Source: Trichosphaerium sp. ATCC 40318
Taxonomy: Eukaryota > Protista > Tubulinea
Assembly: GCA_038496445.1 (NCBI GenBank)
Contig: JALMLS010000041.1
Span: 1-36,957, forward strand
DNA: 36,957 nt
Direction: 5' to 3'
Translations under genes and position numbers: made by a program
Shown here: in pieces, positions 12,440-23,400 of the stretch
Position numbering within the stretch: the stretch's first letter is position 1
Layout of the letters: each line of letters opens with the position of its first letter
Notes under the pieces: generated by a model
The model's input: the letters and a program-made list of their open reading frames with translations, nothing else
Databases searched by the model: none
What the model was told of the DNA's origin: nothing

Positions 12440-14360
12440 CATAAATGAACGTAACTACATACTCTAGCTAAATCACCTTTCTTTATTGTATCTATAAAAG
12501 TAGTATTTACATAAACACTTTAGTTTCATTTACAGTTTTACTCCCTTCTTTAGTACCATTGAGTGCTTTGATACATTCTTTAGTTATTGAAGTGTGATAA
12601 AGGTAAATAGTACGAGCTCCAGCAAGTACTTTAACACCTTCGTCAGTTACTGAAGTGTTACTAAGGTCAATATAATGGACTCCAGCAAGTGCTTTAACGC
12701 TTTTATCAGTTACTGAAGTGTTACTAAGGCGAATAGTATGGACTCCAGCAAGTGCTTTAACACCTTCATCAGTTACTTTAGTGTTATTAAGGTCAATAGT
12801 ATGGACTCCAGCAAGCGCTTTAACACCTTCATCAGTTACTTTAGTGTCACTAACGTCAATAGTATGGGCGCCAGCAAGTGCTTTAACACCTTCATCAGTT
12901 ACGGAAGTGTTACGAAGGTTAATATCATGAACTCCAGCAAGTGCTTTAACACCTTCATCAGTTACTGAAGTATCGCAAAGGTAAATAGTATGGGCGCCAG
13001 CAAGTGCTTTAACACCTTCATCAGTTACTTTAGTGTCACTAAGGCCAATAGTATGGGTGCCAGTAAGTGCTTTAACGCCTTTGTCAGTTACTGAGGTGTC
13101 AGTAAGGTCAATATCATGTGCTCCAGCAAGTGCTTTAACACCTTCGTCAGTTACTAAGGTGCCACTAAGGTGAATAGTATGGACTCCAGCAAGTGCTTTA
13201 ACGCCTTCATCAGTTACTTTAGTGTTACTAAGGTCAATAGTATGGACTCCAGCAAGCGCTTTAACACCTTCATCAGTTACTTTAGTGTCACTAACGTCAA
13301 TAGTATGGGCGCCAGCAAGTGCTTTAACACCTTCATCAGTTACTAAAGTGTCATTGAGGGTAATAGAATGGACTCCAGCAAGTGCTTTAACGCCTTCATC
13401 AGTTACTTTAGTGTAGCTGAGGTGAATAGTATGGACTCCAGCAAGTGCTTTAACACCTTCATCAGTTACTGAAGTATCGCAAAGGTAAATAGTATGGGCG
13501 CCAGCAAGTGCTTTAACACCTTCATCAGTTACTAAAGTGTCATTGAGGGTAATAGAATGGACTCCAGCAAGTGCTTTAACGCCTTCATCAGTTACTTTAG
13601 TGTAGCTGAGGTCAATAGTATGGACTCCAGCAAGTGCTACAACGCCTTCATCAGTTACGTAAGAACGATCAAGCTCAATAGTATGAACTCCTGCAAACTG
13701 CTTGACAATGCTGTTATCAACACGCCATCCAAGGCAGATTCTTGTGTATTTCAGAATACCAACATGTTTTACAGCTGATTTTGCTTGAGTTAACGTTTTT
13801 ATCATAATAGCATGGTATCCAATAATATCATGAACAATAGAAGCAAGTAAACGACAGGTTTGACAAGCCGCAAAGCGTGATTTTGTTGTTTGACGCAAGA
13901 TGTGTGCTAATATCTCTGGCGGTAGGTGTAGCAAACTTGTGCCGGTCGTACTGTTAATTATAGAACCCTTTGAGGTAGAAAGCATAATATCAACGTCTTT
14001 GTTTAATGTGGAAGCCTAACAATTTAACACGTGTTTTATCGATGACCTAAAGTAGAGGTCTTACTTTTCGCTTTTGATAACTGGCTAAGTCGCATAAAAC
14101 TGTTTAAGGCGATAGTCACTCTAGCTTAAAGGACCTGAAAACGTTTATTATATTAATAACACCATTTAGCACGTGCTCCAAACACCAAAAACTTATACTA
14201 CTACTTCCCAAAAAATAAGACGGCAATTTCAAGGCAAATCTTTTGTTAACGCACGTGTGTCATGACATTAGATGATAAATGCTTTCGGCTGTAATATTTC
14301 TACAACCATGTAGATAAATGTTATGAACACCACCAAGTGATTCGACAGCCTCACCTGCGA
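12440..14360. repeat. Segmental duplication, copy B
   Basis: Matches 242-1642 apart from the expanded repeat array and small indels. Confidence 0.9.
12507..13985 (-). CDS. F-box-like + 21-aa leucine-rich repeat protein, copy B (18 repeats, intronless)
   Basis: N-terminus LLHLPPEILAHIL is nearly identical to copy A, followed by 18 tandem 63-bp repeats. Confidence 0.9.
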   Translation of the reverse strand: MLSTSKGSIINSTTGTSLLHLPPEILAHILRQTTKSRFAACQTCRLLASIVHDIIGYHAIMIKTLTQAKSAVKHVGILKYTRICLGWRVDNSIVKQFAGVHTIELDRSYVTDEGVVALAGVHTIDLSYTKVTDEGVKALAGVHSITLNDTLVTDEGVKALAGAHTIYLCDTSVTDEGVKALAGVHTIHLSYTKVTDEGVKALAGVHSITLNDTLVTDEGVKALAGAHTIDVSDTKVTDEGVKALAGVHTIDLSNTKVTDEGVKALAGVHTIHLSGTLVTDEGVKALAGAHDIDLTDTSVTDKGVKALTGTHTIGLSDTKVTDEGVKALAGAHTIYLCDTSVTDEGVKALAGVHDINLRNTSVTDEGVKALAGAHTIDVSDTKVTDEGVKALAGVHTIDLNNTKVTDEGVKALAGVHTIRLSNTSVTDKSVKALAGVHYIDLSNTSVTDEGVKVLAGARTIYLYHTSITKECIKALNGTKEGSKTVNETKVFM

Positions 14361-14362
14361 CC

Positions 14363-15144
14363 ACAAAGCTACCGCCAAACACGGTATGAATGCCTCAAAC
14401 ACTGTTTGCTGTATCTTTTGCTTCAAAAAATCAGCGTACGTGTATAACTTACTAGCGCTGCGCTAGCGCCTACCCCACGCTAACGCTAGCGCTATCGCAG
14501 CATCCAAACAGCAATGAAGGTGTAACAACGCCAAAACCTCCCCAAAACGCCACCAGCGTTGCTACAGTAAACGCCGCCAGGTGTCAAACATGTAAATAGA
14601 ATTCACGTGGCTAATGTCAACAAATGCTGGAAACTGTAACGCTCTGTACTTAACATGTTACTTTATAAATAGCTTAGTTCCATATATTGTCTGTTTCATT
14701 CAAGTTTTGAGACAGACTGACTTTTAGCAAAAAAAATCCAGTTTCTGCCCGATCTGTCAGATCTGACGGATTTGACACTTCTGACAGATCTTGCAAATTG
14801 TCATTTTTTAAAATGTGATCTACCCTCACGCCTGTCCAGTGAATCCAACCGTTTCAAACCCACGTGATTTAACAAACCCCAGAGCAAACTTTTTTATTTA
14901 CATATTTGACGCCTAGTGGCGTTTACAAAGCCTACAGCAACGCTGGTGGTGTTTTGGGGCGGTTTTGACGTTGTTACACCTTCATTGCTGCTTGGATGCT
15001 ACCATAGCGCTTCTGTTAGCGTGGGGTAGGCGCTAGCGTAGCGCTAGTAAGTTATACACGTACGTTGATTTTTTGAAGCAAAAGATACAGCAAACAGTGT
15101 TTGAGGCATTCATACCGTGTTTGGCGGTAATGCGATAGCTTTGT
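14363..15144. mobile_element. Foldback/long-TIR non-autonomous element
   Basis: Arms 14363-14598 and 14895-15144 are reverse complements with scattered mismatches (e.g. ccgccaaacacggtatgaatgcctcaaacactg / cagtgtttgaggcattcataccgtgtttggcgg). About 300-bp spacer. No clear TSD. Confidence 0.8.
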
Positions 15145-15267
15145 AGGACATCATACCTTTTTAATTCGCTTTTAGCTCATGAGCTTCTGTGGTTTGATCG
15201 TACCGTGTATAGTTTGCGTAGGTAAAATGCTGCGATCATCCCATGGGATGTTGAAACTTACATTGAA

Positions 15268-16151
15268 AAAGGAAATGTTAAGTTTATCCAATCTATTCTA
15301 CGAGCTAGTTTTGTACTAGACGGATGTAAACAGTAGTGCTAAGGTGTGCTGTACCATTTAAATGCTGCAAAATACGGCACTCGTATAAAAAAGGATAAAA
15401 GCAATAAAAACTGCTTAAACTACATTACATGGCGATTTCTACGCGTAAATGGAGTATTTGAGCAATAAACAATCATTGTCTAAAAATAATACTTTAAAAC
15501 CCTTCCGTGTTACTAAACTACTTTATTTAGCTGTAAATAGGCCCTACACATAACCCAAGCAGATGCAGCTCACTTGGCATAAAAGTCAAATGTTCCTTCA
15601 GCAAATTAACAATTTCCTCTTCTCCGTCTGTATACTTAAGGTTACACTTTGCATTTTACGCTTAGCTCCTCTTTTGTTAGGTGATACATAACTTATGATT
15701 CTTTGAATTTGTAAAAATGTCGTGCATAGAATAAAGCTCTGCTGCCTTTTTTTTGCCCACACAATGCAATACTTGGTGTTTTAGGTGTTTAATTGATCCT
15801 CCTACTGCTTTACATGAAATACATTGTCTCATCGTTGCAATAGGTATGTTAAACGCTTGTATGTGGTTATTTGATGCCATGAGGGGCTATTAGAGTGTGT
15901 TTTGGTTTTTTTAAACCCCGCTTAACTGGGAAAGCAATACTTGGTGTAACAATACTCTTACACGGCTCTCTACTGTACAAAAACGCCAAAAACAGCATTT
16001 AAAAGTAATACAGCTACATTTTTATTGTTACACTGCGAGTGCCTTCTTTTTTGGCCTCAAACTGCTCCAAATCGCTACTAACAGTTGTTTAAAAGGCTAA
16101 TGAAGCAAAATCAGCTCGTAGAATAGATTGCGAAAACTTAACACTTCCTTT
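15268..16151. mobile_element. Probable non-autonomous TIR element (~880 bp)
   Basis: Imperfect ~46-bp inverted repeats: aaaggaaatgttaagtttatccaatctattctacgagctagttttg (15268-15313) and caaaatcagctcgtagaatagattgcgaaacttaacacttccttt (16106-16151). No TSD recognised. Confidence 0.6.
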
Positions 16152-17045
16152 GCTATCACTTACCGTAAGGTACCTAAGTCATACAATGAAGGACAACATT
16201 GTAACACAAATAGTTCACATTGTGATAGATCTACACCATTTGACAGAAGTGTCAGATCTTGCTAGATCTGCTAAAAGTGCTAAAAACTCACTTTCTAGAA
16301 AATATTAGTAAAACTTGAATGACACAGACAATATACAACCTTCGCACCCTTACAGAAACAGCTTGCCATTGCAAGGTGAGTTTTGCTTTCATAAAGTAAT
16401 GGGAAATAAATCAGTGCGTTCTCTACTAACTTATCTAAACTCATAAGGTTCTACAGATAACAGGCACGTGCAAACGTAGTAGGTCAGTCATACAGTATCT
16501 TAACCTTATATCTTCCTAACGTCTTGTAGAATACATATCAGCAACGAACTAGCAATGAACACACTACTGGCGGCATTGTTTATAGCTCTACTTTGTTTTT
16601 CTCAAACACGAAATATATCTTTTTACAAAGGAACAGATTGGTACACGTGTACTGTAACAATAAAACTTCTTTTTATTTCAAGGAAAATAGAATTTTTTCG
16701 TCAAACCTTTCGTGATAGGTGGGCCAGATTTTTACGTGCTCAGTACGACATACAAGAATCATGTTCATTTTTCAAGATTACGAGCACTTTGTGCCCTTGT
16801 ACACCAATTCAACCCTGGCACGAACGATAGTGACTGGTAAGGCACTGAGGTGTCCTGCGCCTCCTTAATATGATAAATTTACAGTTATTGTCAATGAGCC
16901 TGAGAAGATGTTGAGTGGTAACCCATAACGTGATATGCATTTATATTAATTTTAACAATAGATATGGAAATCTTATATTTATTCTCTACGCTAATGTTGC
17001 AAACAAATTCACTATGGTAGCTGATACAAGTCAGAAACTATGCCG

Positions 17046-17861
17046 CTAAAGAAGACCCTTTCTCTTTGCTTTTGTAACTTTGATACGTTCCACCAAGTTG
17101 AATCCAAGTTCTTTCAACACTTCTTGATCGATTTGATTCGCTTGAATGTCATGTTCATTCATCAAGGATCCAAATTCTTGTGCTCGCTCACTTGAGATAC
17201 CCAACCCTGTCAATACTGACACCCAATCAACTTCAATGTTTTGAAGCGGTATTGGCGTCATTGGAGAAACTGAAGTGATGGTTGATTTGGTATCACGTGG
17301 CTGAGTGAATGTTGGCTACATTACAGTTAGTGTAAAGTAAATGCAAAAATGAAATAACATACTGTGTCAACAGATATGTTGGGTTTCTCAATCCATGACT
17401 GGTTGGGTAATACTACCTTTATATCGTGTGGTAATAGAATGGGGTTACTAGGTTCACCGCTAGGCTACAAACTCGTTAGGAAAGAATGTTAATATATTGT
17501 TTTTGACTGTACATTAGTGAACTTGTCTTGACCTTGTTTTATTTCAAGGGCGTCTTTAATGATATCAATGTGCTCTTGAGTGTCTCCAAACTTGTTGTAG
17601 CCTTGATCAATCTTGGTGTATATTCCAGTACCATCAATTGACAAGTAATTTCGTTTTTGGTCTTGTTTCAACTCTTTATGTAACTCTTCTAAAGTGTGGA
17701 TTACCTAAACAAGCAGTTTGCACATATTGACAACAAATGATTGAGTACCTTCCTGTGGTTATTGAATGTCAATTGCTGTGGTTCAGATTGTCCATACTGA
17801 TTATAACCACCTGTAACCAATCTGAAATCATGAGATATTGCCAAGTAATGATATGCTTTAT
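17046..17861 (-). pseudogene. Displaced 3' half of RCC1-linker-SAM-like gene 1
   Basis: KAYHYLAISHDFRLVTGGYNQYGQ continues the RCC1 ORF broken at 26799. Phase-0 GT-AG introns at 17705-17748, 17465-17512 and 17316-17362 join it in frame to the SAM-like exon, with the stop at 17046. Confidence 0.85.
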
Positions 17862-18499
17862 CTCCCTCGCCGTAACAAAAAATTTCCTCGCCGTAACAAA
17901 ATTTTAACTTCAATTCTGGACCTAAAATATCTTTAAATAATCTGAATTTTTTACAGGTCGTAGACATTATGTTTATCTTGTTATTCTGGATTAGATAGCC
18001 ACATAGGTGTTTTTGGTGATGTTCTACGGAATGTACAATAAAAGTATCAACTTTTTCTTTGCCATATGTTTTTGATGTATGTGATAGGGCACAGTATAAA
18101 TTGTTATGCTTTTATTATATCTAACGTAGTATTGACTAGGTCCAAGGGCTCAACTAGCAAAAAATAGTTCATTGCATGAAATGAAGGGTCTTTCAACGAA
18201 TGTTCCAAAAAAAATAAAGAAACAGCATTTCAAAGGCATGCTAGCACAATACACTCTTGAATTTTTTATACTACCTACGCAATACAGAGTTGGTTATACA
18301 AACGCTTTTAATAGGCATGTACTGCACAAGGTAACCCAAAAATTGTTTGATGAACACTTTATCTTTTCTACTCTTTAAACGCTTTTGTAGAGCAATGCAA
18401 ATGAGTTACGTCTAGTATTTGGTACTTTACAGCGTCTATATATGCATGTGCATGTACACAAAACATTAAATGCATGTAAAGAATATACAGAGACTGAAT

Positions 18500-19728
18500 T
18501 ATGTATGACAATGCATTGAATCCATAAAAAATGAGCATTTTCAAATATTATTGATTAATCCTTTGGATTCAGTGAAAAGTGTCCATTTCTGAGCTGTTTC
18601 ATTTGCCAGCTATGTTTTCTTTGTACACATCAAACGACAGCAAATTGTAAATATATCATAAGCATGTACACATGTAGTATTAATAGTTAAATTTATTGGT
18701 TTTCTGAATATACAGCTAAATTAATCATGTTGATCGCCAAGTTCTCTTATCTTCAAAAAGTTAATTTTTTTCCCTGTAGCATTGTAATCTATGATAGCTT
18801 TCAAGTTAGATAATGTTAATTGTCTTATGATTCTTAGATAGCACTACTGTAACTCCACCCTTTTTAGCTCCTTTTGCATATTCAACAACCCAGTTTAGAA
18901 AGTCAGAATCCATAAACCTGGCATCAAGTACTGCTTGTGGTTTGAATGGATAGTGCTTTTCAAACCTAGCTAATAAAATCTTAGCAGCATCTAATGGTTT
19001 AATCACTGCCACATGTTTAGCATCTCTCCAATGTGGTACCAATCCGAGTAAGTATGGACATTGTTTATCTTTGTGTGAATAAACAGCCATTCCATATACC
19101 ATTAATCCATCTGGATTTGGCTTACCCGAAATATGAACTGTATTTGTATCTTTTTTAGACTACACCAACATTGTTCATCAATGGCAATGTACTCTCCTGC
19201 AAGCCAAGCCTCCATACATGCATCTGATACCAATTCACACAAATGATGTACATCAGTGCTGATACTTTGATTCAAAATATTCCATCACAGTGGACTCAAA
19301 AAGTCCAGATTACAGTATTTGCTGTTTGTACTCATTTGAGCTAAAAACCCTTCATAACTAATAGAAGCTAGTACTGTTAATGAAAGAATTTTTTGCTCTT
19401 GTTGCATACCAGAAGTTTGGTCTCGTAACCATTGTGTGCCAAAATAACGTAAAATTTCACTAAGTTTAATTTCAACGCCCCACATTTGATTTTTTTTTTT
19501 GTTAGCTAGGATTTCACGCTTTTGGTTGGTAGCTATCCGAATGTGGTCCCATATGTGTATTGGTATCAATTGGGAGTACACTTGCCCAGCTGTACCCATA
19601 CCTCGTTGAAACACTCCAAGATTAGGCTGAGACACTTGCTCTTCATGTGGCAATGAAATTGTTTCATTTTTAAGCACAGTCCATCCCTCGCTTTTAATTT
19701 CATTTATGCATCGTTCAAATCCACCCAA
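18500..19728 (-). pseudogene. Degenerate piggyBac-family (DDE_Tnp_1_7-like) transposase
   Basis: Fragments occur in the expected order: LIPIHIWDHIRIATN...W...LSEILRYFG; GEYIAIDEQ (first catalytic Asp); a frameshift; VHISGKPNPDGLMVYGMA; AVLDARFMD (second Asp). Stops and frameshifts follow. Confidence 0.75.
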
Positions 19729-19995
19729 TACCCATTTTTAGAACTGTCGCTTTGTTTCCGCTTCCGTTTCCGTTGATTTTTTCTTCGAGCTGCTTCTATT
19801 TGGTTGTTGTGGGCTTTTACGTTATCACACAGCGTTTGCTTCATCAGCTAGTGCTATTTAGAGTGTTATTGCTTAACCATATTTCAAAAACTACACAAGT
19901 TGCTTAAACATAAATTTTATTACTCGGAGTAGATATTAAACAGTGCGCTCATACATCTTAGCCATGTAATATGGCATTTGGTACAAAAGTGTTAC

Positions 19996-20374
19996 TGTAA
20001 GAGATGTTGTAACGCTTGTAGAATTAGTTAAATCTGTTTATTACATGAACGTGTTACAAGGTCTTTAATGAGCGTTTCTAGTAAGTGAGTGTATCTCGTG
20101 GCGTGTGAAACATCTTGAATAGACTTCGAGTTACTTCGTGAACAGGTTTCGTGATAATAACATTCCAATAGACTATAGACATCGATAATGGTTTACATAG
20201 TCTACACGAAGCATCACGGAACTAATATGGGAACGATTAGTCAATTTACACGAACCCAGAAATAGCGAATAAGGAAAGAGTAAGAGCGTGAAACTTTCAC
20301 AGAATAATAACGAATAGACCATGAATATGTAAGTGTAATCCATGTGCGTTATCACGTGACGCATGTATATGACA
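19996..20374 (-). repeat. 3' LTR
   Basis: Identical by eye to 26384-26762. Confidence 0.95.
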
Positions 20375-20387
20375 TTCTCCCACACCA
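20375..20387 (-). other. Polypurine-tract-like site
   Basis: Minus strand TGGTGTGGGAGAA immediately precedes the 3' LTR. Confidence 0.65.
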
Positions 20388-20400
20388 GAGCGAGATAACA

Positions 20401-23400
20401 TCACTTGAGCTCGTACTTGAATACATCGCCAAAGTGCTCCACCAATACTTTTAGAAATTGAATAAAATCAGAAGCATTATAAACACCAAGCATTTGTTGC
20501 CTAAAATGTTCTTTACGCTTGAAACTGGTAACAAAAGGTGAGTGAGCAGAAGTGAGTAAGTCCATGAGTGAATAATAATATTGCAAAAAGACTTTGTTGG
20601 TAAAAGCATTGTTAGCCTGACGACCAACAACATCTTCTAACATGTTGCACAGAGCCATTTTGAATGCATCGCCAGGTTGTTTAGCACGGCTACGAGTAGG
20701 GTAACGAGGCGTGGGTTGTACGGAACGAGAAGACGTAGACACTACAGGGTTGTTCGTCGCTTCAGAAGTAGTCAAATCCATAGATGACGGAAGAGACTGT
20801 ACCAAATTTGTACAACTGTCTGAATGAACAACCTTGTCGTGGATGTGTACTTGGCTGTCTAGGGTGTCGGCGGTGTTAAGGCCAATCTGAGGCCCTGTAA
20901 GCTGTTTCCTGCCACCCACACTTGCATCTCTGTTGTCACTACCAACCACACCCTTAGGCACATCATCTACTGTCAAGCCAGTAGCAGCGGCCACAGGTGA
21001 GTCTTCAATTCCGTACATTCTATCCAGTGGATCATTGTAAGGTAGCAATTTAGAAACATGAAAGGCAGATTCCAAGACATCTCCATTCCAATCGCATAAG
21101 AGATATGTGACTGGACTAAGGACCTTATATATAGTGAAGGCTCCTTCATACGCAAAAGAGAGTTTCTCTGGTTGCCCATAGTCAAAAGGCTTATCACGAA
21201 GTTTGATAACCTTGTCACCAACGTTAAAAGAAACTTGCCGGTGTTTGGAGTTATAACGCTTGGCCTGTCTTTCATGAGCAATGTTTCTAGCTTCTAATGC
21301 TTTCTCTCTAGCCACTTTGAGAGTTTTCGCCACCTTTTTGAGATATTGGCTTTGAATCTTAGAAGTAGGGATCACACCAAGAGCTTGATCTACCGGTTGT
21401 ACTGCTCGAAATCCATGAAGAATGAAGAAAGGCGTCTCTTTTAACTCGGAATGAACAGCAGTGTTATAAGCAAAGGTCGCTGCTGGTAAATAATCATCCC
21501 AATCATTTTGTTCATCGTTGCAATACATCTTTACCGATTGAATTAAAGTAGAATTGAACCTTTCTACTAAACCATCACACTGAGGGTGATAGGCAGAAGT
21601 ACGCCTTTTGTCCACGTTGATGATAGCCATAAGTTCTTGTACATGTTTGACGAATTCACCACCTTGATCTGAGAGGAAAACTTGAGGAGCACCATATTGA
21701 GAAATGACGCGTTCATAGAGAACACGTGCAACTGTAGAAGATGATTTATCTGGAATAGGCACCACCACAGCAAAACGAGTGAAATAGTCTACTACACAGA
21801 GTATATTCTTGTTGCCATGCTTAGTCTCAGGTAAAGCAGTTATTAAATCAGCAGCAATGACTTGAAAAGGGTATGAAGCTTTAACAGTACCCATGGGAGC
21901 GCCAGCTTTGGCTTGGCGTTTAACTTTGCCAGTTTGACAGAGGTTACATGATTTGATCCAGAAGAGCACATCTCGTTTTACCCCAGGCCACCAATATTTA
22001 AGCAGCACGCGTAGATATGTTTTATCTATGCCTAAATGTCCTGAGAGAGCATCATCATGCATCGAAGAAAGAATATCGTGCCTTATAGAATGAGGCACAA
22101 CTAACTGAATTTTTTCAGTATTATCAGCTAGCTGTGCTTTTGTTGGCGTCCATCTGCGTCTGAGTATTCCATAATCATCCAAGAATAAGTTAACAGATTG
22201 TTTAGTGAGACGTTCATATTTATCATATCCAACAAAAGCTTTTGGGCAATTCAGAAACTCAATAAGCAGACGTAGCTCTGAGTCTTGTCTCTGCGCATAA
22301 TACGTTTTAAGCATTGGCTCTGTTGGTACCTTGAACGATCGCAACCGAGTAGTATATATAGCCATGCCAGGGTTCTGTACAATCGGAGAGCGTGAAAGAG
22401 CATCAGCATCAGAGTTCTTTTTGCCAGCACGATGTTTAATAGTATAGTTGTATTGAGATAGAAAGATCGACCATCTAACCATCTTCGAATCAGGATTCTT
22501 ATGTCTATAGAACCACTGCAAAGCTGAGTGATCCGAATAGACCGTAAAATGTTGAGAAAGCAGATATACTCGAAATTTCTTAACAGCCGTAACAATAGCA
22601 AGTACTTCCTTCATTGTAGTGCAATATCGCTGCTGAGCACCATTGAGGGAGCGGCTGTAATAACTGATGACCTTTTCAGTGCCGTCATCTTGTTTCTGAA
22701 CCAGAGCAGCGCCAATACCATAATCCGAGGCGTCTGTATGGAGTTCAAAGGGTTTAGAGAAGTCTGGATAGGCCAGACAGGGTGATGTGGTCAGAGCTAG
22801 TTTGATAGCAGAGAAAGCTTCGATTTCTTTATCTAACCATTGCCATTGGGCGCCTTTCTTGAGTAACGCACGGAGAGGAGCAGCCTTTGTAGCGAGATTG
22901 GGAACGAACTGAGCATAGTAGTTAACTAATCCCAAGAATTGTTGTATGTCTTTAGGTTCTGTAGGTTCTTTTGTGTTGAGAACGTCTTTTATCTTTGAGG
23001 GATTCGGTTTGATTCCATCCACTGAGACAATGTAACCTAAATAATCGACAGAGGTTTTGAAGAAATGGCATTTTGAAGGTTTAAGTGTGACATTGTAATA
23101 TCTAAAACGCTTTAATACCGCTTCTAGGCGGACAAGATGTTCCTCGAAGGTTACAGATGGGACTATGACATCATCCATGTAAACAAGGCACATCTTCCAA
23201 GTAAGACCAGCAAGAACAAGGTTCATATATCTTTGCCAAGTCGGAGGGGCGTTAGTAAGCCCAAAAGGCATGACTAACCATTCGTAAAGGCCAGTCTGAT
23301 CGATGAAGGCCGTCTTCTCGATTGAATCTTTATCCATCTCCAATTGATGAAAGCCAGAAGTAGCATCCATTGTCGAGAAGAGAGTTGAACCAGATAGGGC

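Noticed and set aside
420-13700. 63-bp repeats with variable cores as a CRISPR array
   Set aside because: They are in-frame coding LRR units in a eukaryotic context, with no unique spacers or cas genes.
532-13778. Plus-strand ORFs MDSSKCF.../MLLRSIV...
   Set aside because: Antisense shadows of the LRR repeats.
313-13985. Diversity-generating retroelement explanation for LRR variation (NNC/NNT codons resemble AAY mutagenesis, and an RT is nearby)
   Set aside because: There is no template repeat, many adenines in the repeats are invariant, and the RT is an ordinary gypsy RT. Selection plus recombination suffices.
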